Shown: positions 39,576 to 52,809 of the stretch, one piece after another | Numbering within the stretch: the first letter of the stretch is position 1 | How the letters are laid out: each line of letters begins with the position of its first letter | From: Negaprion brevirostris | Taxonomy: Eukaryota | Assembly (NCBI GenBank): GCA_030324005.1 | Contig: JARDVH010000073.1 | Coordinates: 38,728,593 to 38,792,592 of the forward strand | DNA length: 64,000 nucleotides | Direction of reading: 5' to 3' | Program-made: the position numbers and the translations under genes | The notes under the pieces: generated by a model | What the model saw: only the letters and a program-made list of their open reading frames with translations | Databases searched by the model: none | What the model was told of the DNA's origin: nothing

Positions 39576-41949
39576 ACCAAGAAACAAACAGGAAAAAAAA
39601 ACCCCAAAAAAATGGATTTTTAGTTCACAATATTAAATAGCTTAATTTGTGAGGTCCCATGACCGAAGCCCAGAAATCTTACAAGTCTTACATTATGATT
39701 CCCAACATGCTGTGAGCCCCCACAACATTTAACACCAAACATCCAAGCTGAAAAACTATGAAAACTCCATTGAACTCTATGAAATTTCTACAGGAGAGCA
39801 GGTAAGTACATTGCTAAAAATGAATTGTGAAAAATCATTTTACATGAGTGAATGATTTCGTAAAAATAGTACGCGTGAGAGTATAGCATGTGCAGCATAG
39901 TGCTTGTCAGCTGGAGTTTCCACCCTGTCTGTCGATGAATTATAGATATTATTCTTGTTCTGGCATGCAGCTGATGAATAAACTGCTTAAAGTTGACTCT
40001 TATGTTTCATCTGAACCATCTGTTCGATTGCTTCTAAAAAATTTACTGAGATTTCTCAGTAGTATTTGCTTTTTCACTCCTTTCTTTACTTGCTAATTTT
40101 CTTATCCTGCCCCCTCAAAAGTGTTAAATCCTTAGTTGGGTATGGTTGCATGCCTTCAAAACCTTATCTGACTGGCCATCTTTTATGTCTGTTCTTCGAC
40201 ATTTATGGATGAGCCCAATTCCACCCTTACAACTCATGCTAATTCCAAACAGGAATTGCTAGAATCTCAATCTATTTTCCCTTCAGTCCTGGCTTTGAAC
40301 CTAGGATGTTTCCGGTTTGTATGACTCAGCTGCTTGCTTGGATGCAGCTGGACCATATTGTTTGTGCTGTAATTTTGCAAACATTAAAACAATCTATTGC
40401 ACACCTCTCCACGAACACAAAACCCACTATACAACATGATCTAGCATGAAATCCAAGATATGCTCTTCGTCACAGCCCAATCAACAATGCAACCTTACAG
40501 AAGCGTGGAATTCAAAGTATCTCTTCCTCACAAATCCAAAATGCACAACACTCTCTACACAACATGAAACTCAAAATAGACACCTCCTCACAGTCACAAA
40601 GCACAAGTAATTCTAAACCCTCAACACTCCAAAAACCTATCCCACAACTTCTAGAAAATTAAAGCATGGTCACTCAACACTCTACACATCTATGGTGAAC
40701 ATCACACATTCCTTTCAAGGAAATTATAACATCCAACACAACATAAACATAAGTAGTGACCAGAATCTTATTGACTGTTAAAATTATATCTGCTTTCAAA
40801 GGAAAACATAAAGAATGATGATTAACCACAGAACTCTCAACACAAAGCTATGTCTAGCAAGTTGTATGCCCAATTCAACCATAATATTCACTATAAAACC
40901 AAATGAACAATGCATTCTCCTTTTGGGAAACTAAACAATTGAACTAACTCTTCAAGACAATGGCATATCCTCTATCACAATTTCCCCAAAGCTTGTAAGG
41001 CTGAGATAGAAAGCTTCACTTGCATAACCACTAAACAGCTTTACATGGCACAGTACAGCACAGGAACAAGCCCTTCAGCCCACAATGTTTGCCAAACATC
41101 ACACTAAATTAAACTAATCTCTTCTTCCTGTCCTTGGGTCCATATCCTTCTATTCTTTGTACATTCATGTGATTATCTAAAAGCCCCTTAAACACTCCTA
41201 TTGTATTTACCTCCACCACTACCTCTATGGCTTTGACTCTCAATAACAAAATGACTTTTTACACCAAAGAATTGAGTCTGCTTCATTGTGTTCATCATAG
41301 CAATCAGCCCAAAGCATGCAGAAATTTGCAGAATTTATGTCCTCTGAATAAACTAAAAATAGAACTGGTTATGTCCATGATTCGGATGCAGAAATATAAC
41401 TGCAGTCAAATGATTTAATCCAAAGTACTCAAACACACATTTTCAATTAAGTTGCATTGCAGACTCCAGTTTGAACTCCTTTAGCTAACAGAAGTTTCAA
41501 TTTTCAATTTACACAATATCAAAATACAACCAGCAGAAATGACTTCAGAGTTATCCAAATACAATGCAAAGCTTATCCATAGGAACCAATTATCTTCAGC
41601 AGACAAAGCATGCCACAGGAAACTGATATAAAGTGAATGGATGAATTATGCGCAATGACAACATAGAGATTGATAATAAATTTAACTTGCAGCAAAAATG
41701 GTCTAAGGTGACCTAAAACAAGAATATTTTTAAGAAAAATGCTGAGCCTCTTGCCTTCAATTTTATTTTTTATCTCTCATGTCTTTCTGGACAAAAGTTT
41801 CCTTTTGACTTTGCCTGGGAAATCAAACGATCGAGTACAGGCAGATGAAAAAGGAGAGACACACATTAGGGCAAATCTCTGCCCCCTTTACATTCATCAA
41901 GATTTCTGGAAACTTCCAAGGAACTACTGAAACAATACAGGTTACCAAA

Positions 41950-42390
41950 GAAACAGCAGAAGGAATAGGCCCTTTGCTTCTTTGAGCCTGCTCCACCATT
42001 CAATAAGAGTGAGGCTGTATTTTGATTGTGTCTGTAACTCCAGTTCCCTGCCTGCACCGCATAACCCTTGACTCTACTGTAAGTGAAAAATCTGTGTATC
42101 TCAGCCTCGAATATATTCAATGATCCAGTCTCCATTGCTCTCTGGAGAAGTGAGGTCTAAATATTAATGACTGTCTAAGAAGAAATTCCTCCTTATTTCC
42201 ATCTTAAATAGAGACCTCTTATTTTGAAACTGTATCCTTAGTTCTGGATTTTGCCACAGATGGAAACGTCTTCCTAGCATCTACCTTGTCATAGCCCCTC
42301 AGAATTCTGTAAGCTTTAAAAAGATCACCTCTCATTCTACTCAACTTGATTCTAGGTCCAGCCTGTTCAATCATTCCTCAGAAGTGCCCC
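41950..42390 (-). mobile_element. CR1 3' end abutting an HE1 SINE
   Basis: gagcctgctccaccattcaataag tail; ORF remnant METGSLNIFEAEIHRFF. Confidence 0.75.
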
Positions 42391-42393
42391 TCA

Positions 42394-42731
42394 GGGGCGG
42401 CACGGTAGCACAGTGGTTGGCGCTGCTGCTTCACAGCTCCAGGACCGCTGTTTGATTCCCAGCTCGGGTCACTGTGTGGAGTTTGCACACTCTCCTCGCG
42501 TCTGCGTGGGTTTCCTCCGGGTATTCCGGTTTCATCCCACAGTCCAAAGATGTGCGGATTAGGTTGATTGGCCATCCTAAAAAATTGCCCCTTAGTGCCC
42601 TGAGATGCGTAGGTTAGAGGGATTAGTGGATAAAATCCGTACGGATATGGGGGTAGGGCCTGAGCGGGATTGTGTTCGGCGTAGACTCGATGGGCCGAAG
42701 GGCCTCTTTCTGCACTGAAGGATTCTATGAT
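42394..42731 (+). mobile_element. Full-length HE1-type V-SINE
   Basis: tRNA-like head ggggcggcacggtagcacagtggtt with B-box-like tttgattccc; V domain gtctgcgtgggtttcctccgg..cccacagtccaaagatgtgc; HER1-like tail gatgggccgaagggcctc...ggattctatgatt. Confidence 0.9.
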
Positions 42732-43149
42732 TTTAAGTGAGCTCTTTCGTTCCTAGAGTCAATATCTACATCTGTGGTAAGGGATTGACAGGGATAATAT
42801 CACAGGTAATGATGAGATGAGTAATGAGATAAATGCATATAAAATAAAGGATATATTAAATAAACTGATCAAGCTAAAAGAAGATAAAACCACAGTCCAG
42901 ATGGATTGCATTCATGCATCTTACAAGAACGTAAAGAGATAACACAGGCATTTACCAGGCATATTTGTTATTCATAAATCATTATAAAGACTGGCGGATA
43001 ACTAACAATACTTAATAATGGAGTGGGGGGAGGGCAGAGGTACAGCATACCCAGGAAATTATACACCAATCACTTTAGTGTTAGAAAATATAATGCAATC
43101 TCTACAAAAGGAGAGGATGAGTATCTAGAAATGAAAAGTATTTGTATTT

Positions 43150-44290
43150 TATTTTCCATCCTGAATCGTCCTCAAGAGGGTGGTGATAAGCCACCTTCTT
43201 GAACTGCTGCAGTCCTTCCGGTCCAGTCTTGGTAGGGAAGGATTTCCTGAATTTTGACTCAATAACAGAGAAGGAACAGTGAAATGTTTCCAGGATGATG
43301 TGAGACTTGGAGGGAACTTGAAGGTCGTATGTTTCCCATGTGTTTGCACATTTTACATTTTCAGGCTCATATAAATAGAATATTGTCCAATGATATGACA
43401 CTTGAGTTTGACTGCTAGCATCTTTCTGCAACGTGACTTGAGTCTGCAGGCTGCCTTCCTTGGTGGTTCTTTGATTCTGTTTCTCTTCCTGGTAATTGTT
43501 ATTTTCTACTCAGCTGCAATCAGTCTTCCAGTTACTATTTTTCTGCATTCCCTCATTTTTTGATAGTTCTCTTTCCCAAATTGACTCCTGAACTTTTTTT
43601 GTTAATTCATGAAAACTTTTCTGTTGTTTTTGCTTATATCCTTACCACATCCACACCTCACACTTTTTTCACACTATACAGCTGATTAATTTTCCTAAAC
43701 TACAACTCATTTTGTTAAACTGTTTTCCTTCAAGTTTTTGTGTACTTTTGAAAGGGAATTCCAGGATTTTAATCCAGCAACAGCAAAGGAATTGTGTTAT
43801 GGTTCCAAGTGAGGATGGTGTGTGGCTTGGAGGGGAAATTACAGGTGGTGTTGTTCCCATGTGCCTACTTTGCTTGTCTTTCTAGGTAGTAAAAATCGCA
43901 GGTTTGGCAGGTGCTGTAGAAGGAGGTTTGGTTAGTTGCTGCAGCGCATTTTGTATATGGTGCACACTACTGCTGCTATGGCATTGGTGATGGAAACAGT
44001 GCATGTTTATGGTAATGGATGAACCATTCAAGCAGCTTGTTTTGGTGTTGAGCTTCTTGAATATTGTTGGAGCCACACACTCTAGGCAAACTGAGGATTA
44101 ATCCATCTCATTCCTTATTTGTGCCTTGTAGATATTGGACAGGATTTGATGAGTTATTTGTCGCAGCTGGGCCAGATTATTAATGCTATAGTTGCTACTG
44201 TGCTATGATTTTGTATGACTATGCCATGAGTCTAACCACTGATTCCCATCGATGTCGATTTTACTAGGATCCTTGTTGTCAAGCTCAATT
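43150..44290 (-). mobile_element. Cluster of CR1/L2-group LINE 3' fragments with a nested RTE-like piece at about 43350-43670
   Basis: GLQQFKKVAYHHPL tail at 43150-43340 and a second copy at 43750-44290. Confidence 0.6.
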
Positions 44291-44999
44291 AAATGCAAAA
44301 ACTGAAAATGCTGGAAAATCTCAGCAGGTCGGACATTTGTGGAGAGAGAATAGTTCCAAGTCTGGATGACCCTTCATTAGGGCTCGTCAGAGCTGTATTA
44401 GAGCAAATGTAGAGCATAAATTTTAAGTACAGCTACTGTATATTGCCAGGACCCATAAACCTTTGCATTATCTCATGACTTTTGCTGTTCTTGCTATCAC
44501 GTGGTGTGAACTGAATTGGCTGAAGGTCAGCATCTGTAAAGGTAGGGACCTCAGAAGAAAGCCAAGGATGGATCATGCACAAATGCTTCAACCTTGTCTT
44601 TTGACCTGGTATGCTCAGCCCTCCCATCATCAGGGATTTTTTTTGATAAGCGAGGGGATTAAGGGTTATGGGGAGAGGGCGGGACTGTGGAACTGAGCCN
44701 NNNNNNNNNNNNNNNNNNNNNNNNNNNNNNNNNNNNNNNNNNNNNNNNNNNNNNNNNNNNNNNNNNNNNNNNNNNNNNNNNNNNNNNNNNNNNNNNNNNG
44801 AGAGGGCGGGACTGTGGAACTGAGCCACGACAGATCAGCCATGATCTTATTGAATGGCGGGGCAGGCTCGAGGGGCGGGATGGCCTATTCCTGCTCCTAT
44901 TTCTTATGTTCTTATTATGTTCTTATATTTCTGTAGCCTCCTCTGAAACAGATCAGCTCCCATATTTCCCACATCATGCATTGGCTACTTTCAAACGTA

Positions 45000-45505
45000 C
45001 TTAATTTTATCAGTCTTAGTTTCAGTTGCCATATGATAAAAAGGATATAGAGAGGAGGCTAAGATTCACAAGGATGATATCTGAAATGAAAGGTGCACTA
45101 TCAGACAAGGATGGACAGGCTGGGTCTGTTTCCTCTTGGAAAAGGCTGAGGAATAACCTGGTGGAAGATTTTAAAATTATTAAAATATTTTGATAGAGTG
45201 GAAACAGAAAATGTTGCTCCTTCTAGGGAAAAGCATAACTGGAGGCTATCAAAATAAGATAATTACCAAGAAATCCAACAGGGAATTCAGAGGAAACTCA
45301 TTTACCCAAAATATAGTCCAAATGTGGGACTTGTTACAGAGAGTGGTTGAAGCGAAAAGTTTAGATACATTTAAGGGGAAGCTAAACTGGAGTATGAGGG
45401 AGAAGAGGTTAGACGTTTAAGACGATATTCAGATGGGGAAAGATGAAAGATGACTGGTTCGGCCAAATGGTTTGTTATTGTGTCAATCTTCATATGTAAT
45501 CCTAT
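45000..45505 (+). mobile_element. CR1 3' fragment
   Basis: NREFRGNSFTQNIVQMWDLLQRVVEAKSLDTFKGKL. Confidence 0.75.
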
Positions 45506-45529
45506 GTACACCTACCAAGATAAAATTAA

Positions 45530-47103
45530 CTGGTCTAAACAACAACATCCCAGACACCACCATCACCATCCCTGAGTATGCCCTATTCTTCCAACAAGAC
45601 AGACCCACCAGAGGTGGAAGCACGATGATAACAGAGTCAGGAGGGAGTTTCTCTGGTAGTCTTCAACATCATCTCTGGGCCCCATGAAAGTCACATGGCA
45701 TCTAGTCAAACATGGAAAAGGAAATCTCCTACAGAATACCACCTACTGTCCCCATCAGCTGATGGATCAGTATTCTTTTGACGCGAACACCACTTTGAAG
45801 AAGCACTGGAGGTGGCAAGGGAACAGTTCAGAGATTTTAGTCTCCATTACCAACAATAGCCTGGTAACAACACTACTGACTGAGCTGGTAAGATCATGAA
45901 GGAGATAAAAGTTAGACTGGGACTTCAGGAGGTGGTGAGGGCTCCAAGAGTAAAAAAGAAAGCTACTTGACCTCATACTCAACAATCTGCCTGTAACAGA
46001 CGTATCTGTCCACAAGAGTGCTGATAGGAGTGGTGACCGCACAGTTCTTGTGTGAAGACATAATCTCATCATCACCTTGAGGATACCTTTCATCATCTGT
46101 ATGGCACTACCCATGTGCGANNNNNNNNNNCAGAATTGGAGACAATCACAATCTATAATCCTCATGGCTGGGCATCTCCCTCACTCACCGTTACCAACAA
46201 GCCAGGGGATCAACCCTGGTTCAGTGCAGAATGCAATGAAGGGCATGCAAAGAGCAGCACCAGGAATAATGAGGTGTTGGCCTGGTGAAGCTACAACTCA
46301 AGACTACTTGCGTGTCAAGCAGCAAAAACAGCATGCGATAGACAAAGCCAAACGATTCCACAACCAACAGATCACAAAACGATAGAATCCCAGGAGGTAG
46401 CCATTCAACCCATTGAGTTTGTACTGATTCTCTGAAAGAGCAATTTGTCCAGCAGCACCCNNNNCTCCCCAACCTGGTTGATGATGTATATCAGCCTCCT
46501 TCTGAGGACCCCAACATCACAGATGCCAGACTTCAGCCAAGTGGATTCACTCCACTGGATGTCAAGAAACAGCTGAAGGAACTGGATACAGTAAAGGCAA
46601 AGGGCTCTGACAACATTCCGGCAATGGATCTGAAGACTTTGCTCCAGAACTAGCCAGGCTCCTAGCCAAGCTGTTCCAGTACAGCTGTAACACTGGTATC
46701 TGCGCAACAATGTAGGAAATAGTCCAGGTATGTCCCACCAGCAAAAAGCAAGACAAATCCAACTCAGCCCATTATCATCCGGTCAGTCTACTCTCGATCA
46801 TCAGTAAAGTGATGGAAGGTGTCGACAGTGCTATCAAGTGACACTTACTCAGCAATGATAACCTATGCAGTGATGCTCAGTTTTGGTCCCACTCCAAGTC
46901 ACACACCATCCTGACTTGGAAATACATCACTGTTCCTTGAGTATTGCTGAGTCAAAATCCTGGCAACACTGTGGTTTCCTACATCAGATGGACTGCAGCA
47001 GCTCAAGAAGGCAGCTCACCACCACCTTCTCAGGGCAATTAGTGACAGGCAATAAATGGTAACCTGCCCAGCAACACCCACATCCCATGAATGAATAAAA
47101 AAA
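45530..47103 (+). mobile_element. Internally deleted CR1/L2-group LINE (APE, RT and A-rich tail)
   Basis: APE PDTTITIPEY..QDRPTRGGS; RT KQDKSNSAHYHPVSLLSIISKVMEG; 3' end ctcaagaaggcagctcaccaccaccttctc...gaatgaataaaaaaa. Confidence 0.85.
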
Positions 47104-47109
47104 GTTATA

Positions 47110-47790
47110 CAGCACCTTTAACATAGTGAAACATCTGACGTGCTTCATAGGAGAATTTTTAAACAAAGCATGGCACTGAGTCACTAAAAGAGGTATTAGA
47201 TCTGATGACCAAAAATACCTGGTCAAAGAGGCAAGTTTTAAGGAGCATCTTAAAGGAAGAAAGTGAGATAGAGAGGCTGAAAGGTATAGGGAGTGGATTC
47301 CAAAGCTTGTAGCTCAAGAATAGAAGAGTGTAGATATATTCGATGGTTATGAGNNNNNNNNNNGAGATGACAAGATTGGGAGAGGAAAAGCCATGGAAGG
47401 ATTTGAAAAAAATGACACTTTTGAAATCAAGATGTTGCTTGACTAAGAACCAGTGTAGATCAGTGAGCAGAAGGGTGATAAGGGAATGGGATATCCTGAG
47501 TTAGGAGAGTCTGGACAGACTCTGAGTTACAGAGAGTTGAATGGGAGAGATCAGCCAGGAGTGCATTGAAATAGTTGAGTCTAGAGGTGATCAAGGTATG
47601 GATGAGGGTTTCAGCAGCAAATGAGCTGAGATAAGGGAAAAGTCGAGTGACGTTAAAGAGGTAGAAAGAGGAGATAATAGTTTTGGAATACATACAAGGT
47701 CTGTAGTTCATCGCAGGATCAGATGTGACACCAAGATGTGAACAAATTGACTTAATGTCAGACTGTTGACAGACAGGGGGATAGAGTCTG
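47110..47790 (-). mobile_element. L2-clade LINE RT C-terminal fragment
   Basis: RLFPYLSSFAAETLIHTLITSRLNYFNALL matches the L2 motif LIHAF.TSRLDYCNSLL. Confidence 0.85.
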
Positions 47791-47926
47791 TAGCTAGTAT
47801 AACAGTTTAAACACAGAATACGTTCAATATTAAAAGTATATATGGATGATAGAGAAGCATTAATATTAATTAATAAAAATGAAAATGAAAATTCTGCACA
47901 GACTGATGGTTGCACATAATACAGAC

Positions 47927-48058
47927 CTGTTTCTCAGAATTGTTCCTGGCAGCTTCTTCTTGTGCTAATACCATCTCACGTTCCGCTGTTATCTGCACAC
48001 TCTCTCTTAAAGCCTCCTCTAATTCCTCAATCCTGTCATCTTTTTGTCGTAAAGTATC
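47927..48058 (-). CDS. ERC1: ERC1 (ELKS/RAB6IP2) internal coding exon, 132 nt, 44 aa of coiled coil
   Basis: Translates to DTLRQKDDRIEELEEALRESVQITAEREMVLAQEEAARNNSEKQ, nearly identical to remembered vertebrate ERC1 DSLRKKDDRIEELEEALRESVQITAEREMVLAQEESARTNAEKQ. Acceptor ttccttcag|GAT and donor CAG|gtctgt; phase 0/0. Confidence 0.95.
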
Positions 48059-48149
48059 CTGAAGGAATGGGGAAAAAAGATAATGATCATTATTGTTATA
48101 AATTTTGAAAAGTAACATGACAAGAAATTTTACTGGAAATCCAAAGTAC

Positions 48150-48282
48150 AAACAAAAACTGCTGGTAATGCACAGCTGGTCATGCAGTTTCTGTGGAAAG
48201 AAACAGAGATAACTTTTCAGTTCGATGACTGTTTTTGCTGGACAGATGCTGCCTGACTGTTTCCTCCAATTTTTGTTTTTAT
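48150..48282. repeat. Short imperfect palindromic repeat (Penelope-terminus or MITE-like)
   Basis: aaacaaaaactgctgg...tttttgtttt ends with internal cagatgctgcctgac; relatives at about 13050-13135, 44290-44395 and 62320-62420. Confidence 0.55.
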
Positions 48283-48939
48283 TTCTTGTCTCACATTCAT
48301 GGATTCATATTAACCTTCACACATTTAGCACAGATGCAAACCTCACACTGACATTTCTCAGTTTGCACATAGGTTTCAATCATGGCAGGCATATTATAGA
48401 ATTATATAGTGCAGAAGAGGCCCTTCTGCCCATTGAGTCCATATCGGCATATGAGAAACACCTGACCTCCCACCTAATCCCAGTTACCAGCCCATAACCT
48501 TGAATGTTATGACATGCCAAGTACTCATCCAGATACTTTCTTAAAGGAGGTGAGACAACTCATCTCTACCAACCTCCTAGGCAGTGTATTCCAGGCCATC
48601 ACCAGCCCCAGGTAAAAATGTTTTCCCTCCAGAATACGAACACACCTCACCCCTACGAAGGTCTAACGCCTAAATTTGCAGCAGGCCTCCTTTACCCTGT
48701 CCTTGCATGAAAATGGATTACGTTTGGCTGGCCCACCTGCCTATGCAACAAGTTTAAAATCATACGGACAACGTGAAAGTCAGGTCAGTTGCCATTTCAA
48801 TCCCTTTAATTACATCTCTTATTGTCAGCAGATGCATGCCTACGCCTGCCCAGCAAATACATGACAACATTCAGATGTAAGCCCTATTTCATGAACTTCC
48901 GGGTTGCACACCCAACTACTGTGAAATTCTACCCTTAGA

Positions 48940-49445
48940 GTACTGGGTGCAGTTTTGGTTTCCTTGCCTAAGGAAGGCTTACATGTGGCCTAATAAAGGT
49001 TCAGCAGATTGATTCCTGGGATGAGACGGATAACTTATCAGGAGAGGCTGAATAGAATAGCCCATATATTCTCTGAAGTTCAGAAGAATGAGAGGTGATT
49101 GCATGGAAATGTATATAATTTTTTGAGGGCTTGACAGGGTAGATGCTGTGAGATTGCTTCTCCAACCTGGAGAATCTAGAACTAGATGTTATCATCTCAA
49201 GATACAGGAAATACAACATTTAGGAAAAATGATTTTCTTCAAAAAGGTTGTGAATCTTTGAAACTTGAAGGCTTTGAATACTCTGTCAAGGAATATATTC
49301 AAGGCTAAAAGCAAAAGACCCTTGGCACGAAAGGAACCAAGGGACATGGGGATAAGAGAGTGGAAGTGGAGTAGATGTAGTTTAGCCTTGATCTTTTTGA
49401 AGCATTTGAATGGACTCAAGGGGCTCTCCTGCATTTCTTATGTCC
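48940..49445 (+). mobile_element. CR1 3' fragment
   Basis: tactgggtgcagttttgg...agaagaatgagaggtgat...aggttgtgaatctttggaa and tail. Confidence 0.75.
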
Positions 49446-50418
49446 TTAAAAACATCAGCACAGTAGGTGGATATTAACAAAAGCTGATTGTGTTGGATAT
49501 TGAACAAAAATTTACTTTTTTTAAAGTCAGTGAAACATGAAGATTTTTGATGTCTTCTTCACTCACTGATGCACTGTGCACTGGAGGAGAACAGGGAGAA
49601 ATGTCTGGGATGAATTTCCACATAGGAAACATCATGACATCACAGAGTTGAGATGTAAGCTTTTGACCTAAGCAGGATATTAGTCTGTACATTGCACACT
49701 GTGAGATTACTACTTGCTTGACACATCAATATCCTGAATAGGAATTATGATCCCCATGGGGGAACTGTAAACCAAAATAACCAAATTTACTGAATGACCC
49801 CTACCCCTCCAACCATGAAGAAATCACCAACAAAATTCCACTTTTTGTATTTTTGAATATAACATGAATCCGAAAATATTAATTAAGAGGCAAATGATAA
49901 TTGATACCAACTATAAATCACACATGGATTAGGAGATACAACAAAGGCTATCCTATGAGATTACAAGCATTCGTATCACTCCCTGGACAAATATGGCACC
50001 CACGTGCAATCCCACAGCCTTTCCAACTCAGCTTCCGGAACATAGGATCTCCCACTTTTCTCACTCAATGGATTTGGTCCTCAAGTTACCTGCTCCTCTC
50101 CATTTGTGTCCCCCAGAGATAACATCCCCCAAATGGCACATTCGTGCAGAATCTCTTGACAGCACAGACTCCTTAATTTGGGTCCTTCAATAAGCTGGTT
50201 AAATGATTTGGTCAGCTTTGGCAAAACAGAAACATAACCATAGAATTGCCCAATTCACAATCTCTGCTCCAACGTTATCATCAGTTTTCTGTCCTTTTAA
50301 CTGCATCCCACTCAAAATTTTATATAACTCTGCCTTCTCTGCTCTTGCCATTCTACTGAAAAGAGTGGTGATTCCATGTAGAACAGCTGGAGCAAGCCAC
50401 TTTATTCGTACAGATATA

Positions 50419-51491
50419 GGGCCCTGATTTTACCATCAACTTGCGCCCATTTTTGGGTGCGAAATCTTCACAAATTTGGGTGAGGCAAATAGTGCGATCA
50501 GTGCCCACCTCTGCGCCGGGTCCCCCTTTACCAAGGCCCAAAAATGGCCGTGATTGGGACCACACCTGAAACGGGAACGACAGCCATTCAATTGCATTTG
50601 CATGCATTTAAATTGACTTAATAGGCTGCACATCCAATTTACCAGCACTTCCCTCTTTACAACTGTGTGCGCCCATCCAGAATTGGCGCAAAACAGCTAT
50701 GCTCCACAAAAGCCCAATTCGGACACACCAGTTAGCGATNNNNNNNNNNNNNNNNNNNNNNNNNNNNNNNNNNNNNNNNNNNNNNNNNNNNNNNNNNNNN
50801 NNNNNNNNNNNNNNNNNNNNNNNNNNNNNNNNNNNNNNNCACAGCCCAATTCGGACACACCAGTTAGCGATGCAGTAAGCGTCTGGATGGCTCTCTGCTT
50901 GAGATTTGTGGGAGAGAAGGGTGGGGGTCCGCTGCCACTCTGCCTGAGGTTAGAGGTGGGGGAAGGAGGTCCGCTGCCACTCTGCTTGTGATCAGTGAGG
51001 GGGAAGAGGGGCTACTGCCATTGTGCCTGTGATTAATGGGGGTCCACAGCCACTCTGCCTGTGATCAGTGGGAAGGGAAGGGGGGTCTACTGCCGCTCTG
51101 CCTGAGATCAGTGGAGGGAAGGAGGAGGAGAGGCCCATGATCAGTCTGGGTGACGGAGGGAGTGGGGGATAAAGGGGTCAGTAATGTTGTGGGACGGGTG
51201 AGGGCAATGTATGTGGGGGACAGGGGGAGGCATTATCCAGTCTGAGAGCAATGTGGTAGGGGAGCCACATTCTATCATTTTTATTTCTGCGCATGCGCAG
51301 TTGGAGGTACCAAATTGGAATTTGGATTAAGCCCTGCCTACAAGCTTCTGCAGCGCAATTCGGAATTGGTGATATTTTTTCAGGCAGAGTGCGTATAGAG
51401 GCACTTCAGAACGGGTCTAAAAGTTGGATCTGAAACACTCCCAGTTTCAAGTCTGCCCAGCACTTAAAATGAAAATATTAAAATAGGGCCC
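50419..51491. mobile_element. Non-autonomous DNA transposon (Harbinger-like MITE) with TIRs and an internal tandem repeat of about 40 bp
   Basis: Left end ta|gggccctgatttta and right end taaaatagggccc|ta. Repeats of ctgccactctgcctg.gatcagtg at about 50890-51150. Confidence 0.7.
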
Positions 51492-52239
51492 TATGAGTTT
51501 CTAGTGAGATAACCCTTGTACAAGCCATCTATGAGCAAGACAAAAAAGAAGTTGGACATGGAACATGATAAAGCAATTAATTGTATTTAGATCATCAGCA
51601 GATTTGCAATTCACCCAATCAGGGCATGACTGCATCCCTTTTTTAAAAAACTAGCATCTCTTATCCAAATGTTAAACAAGCGTTAACGACATCAAGTGAT
51701 AGAAAAGAGAGAATAAAAGCAAATTTTTTTAAAGTTCCATATACAATTTGCTCATCCCTTTTATCATTGGTTAAAAAATCCAACTAAAAGTTAGAAGGGT
51801 AGTTGATGAGTACAGAAAGCTTAATGAAGGGATTAGTGAAAAAATGATGTTTGTAATTAAGTATCAGAGGACACCATCACGGCCCATTCTATGTCTTTCT
51901 TGAGCATGAGACTATAAATCCATAGCTGCTGCTATTTTAAAAATGCCAGACAAGAACTGAAACATTTTTATTCCACATACGGCAACAAGATTCAACCTGT
52001 CTACAGTAATACGTGGGAAAGACAAAACAGTAATTGTGGATAAAATCATGGAAAAATGGAAAGGGACCAGACTGCGGGCACTGTCTGAATTCCAAACTGA
52101 CGGGGGGTGGGGGGACTTTGCCACTGACAACTTCTGAGACGTGTGAAAATATGATAAACAGTGCACTGAAAGTCCCTTCAATAATGGGCTTTGTGAAATA
52201 AAGCACACATTGATTGATGAGATGCTTCACAACACCTTG

Positions 52240-52800
52240 GCTGACCATCCATGTATACAATTCATTTCAAATTGTTGGGGCCTAGTCATACCATATGAGC
52301 TCATTGTCAAGGCTACCTGTGCCAATCTGCTTTGTCCAATTTATATGCAGATTAAAATCACCCATGATTACCATCATACCATTTCCACAAGCCTCCATTA
52401 TTCTCTCCTATGTACTTTCTCCTACAATGTGGTTACTGTTAGGGGGCCTGTGAACCACTCCCACAAGTGCTATCTTATCTTCATTATTTCTCATCTTGAC
52501 CCAAAACGATTCTACATCTTGATCTCCAGAATTCTACAGTCCCATTGTTAGCCTTTAACAGAGCTACACTTCATCTTTTCCTAGCTTCTTGTAATTATTA
52601 AATGGTGTGTCCTCTTGATAAATCTGATCCCAGTCTTTGTCATTCTGCAGCGATATCTATGTGGTGGCTATCAGATCATACATATTTATTTGTCTTTGTG
52701 TGTTAATTCATCTGTTTTGTTATGAATGCTACATGCATTCAGATACAACATCTTTAATTCTATCTTTTTGTTTTACGTAAGCTCCAGCCTTATCTGTTGG
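52240..52800 (-). mobile_element. CR1 APE endonuclease fragment
   Basis: Minus strand encodes LVGVVHRPP...MVIMGDFNLHINW. Confidence 0.75.
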
Positions 52801-52809
52801 TGCACTCAG

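Larger units (their letters stand above)
22915..47926 (-). other. ERC1: ERC1 intron of about 25 kb (GT-AG)
   Basis: Lies between the two exons, whose peptides are contiguous in ERC1 (...EKQ|VEEL...); canonical splice dinucleotides. Confidence 0.85.

Noticed and set aside
44672-44827. Direct repeat gagagggcgggactgtggaactgagcc on both sides of a gap
   Set aside because: Unmerged contig overlap around a 100-N gap, most likely an artefact.
50712-50871. Direct repeat gcccaattcggacacaccagttagcgat flanking a gap, superficially CRISPR-like
   Set aside because: It is a gap-edge overlap with only two copies, in a vertebrate context.
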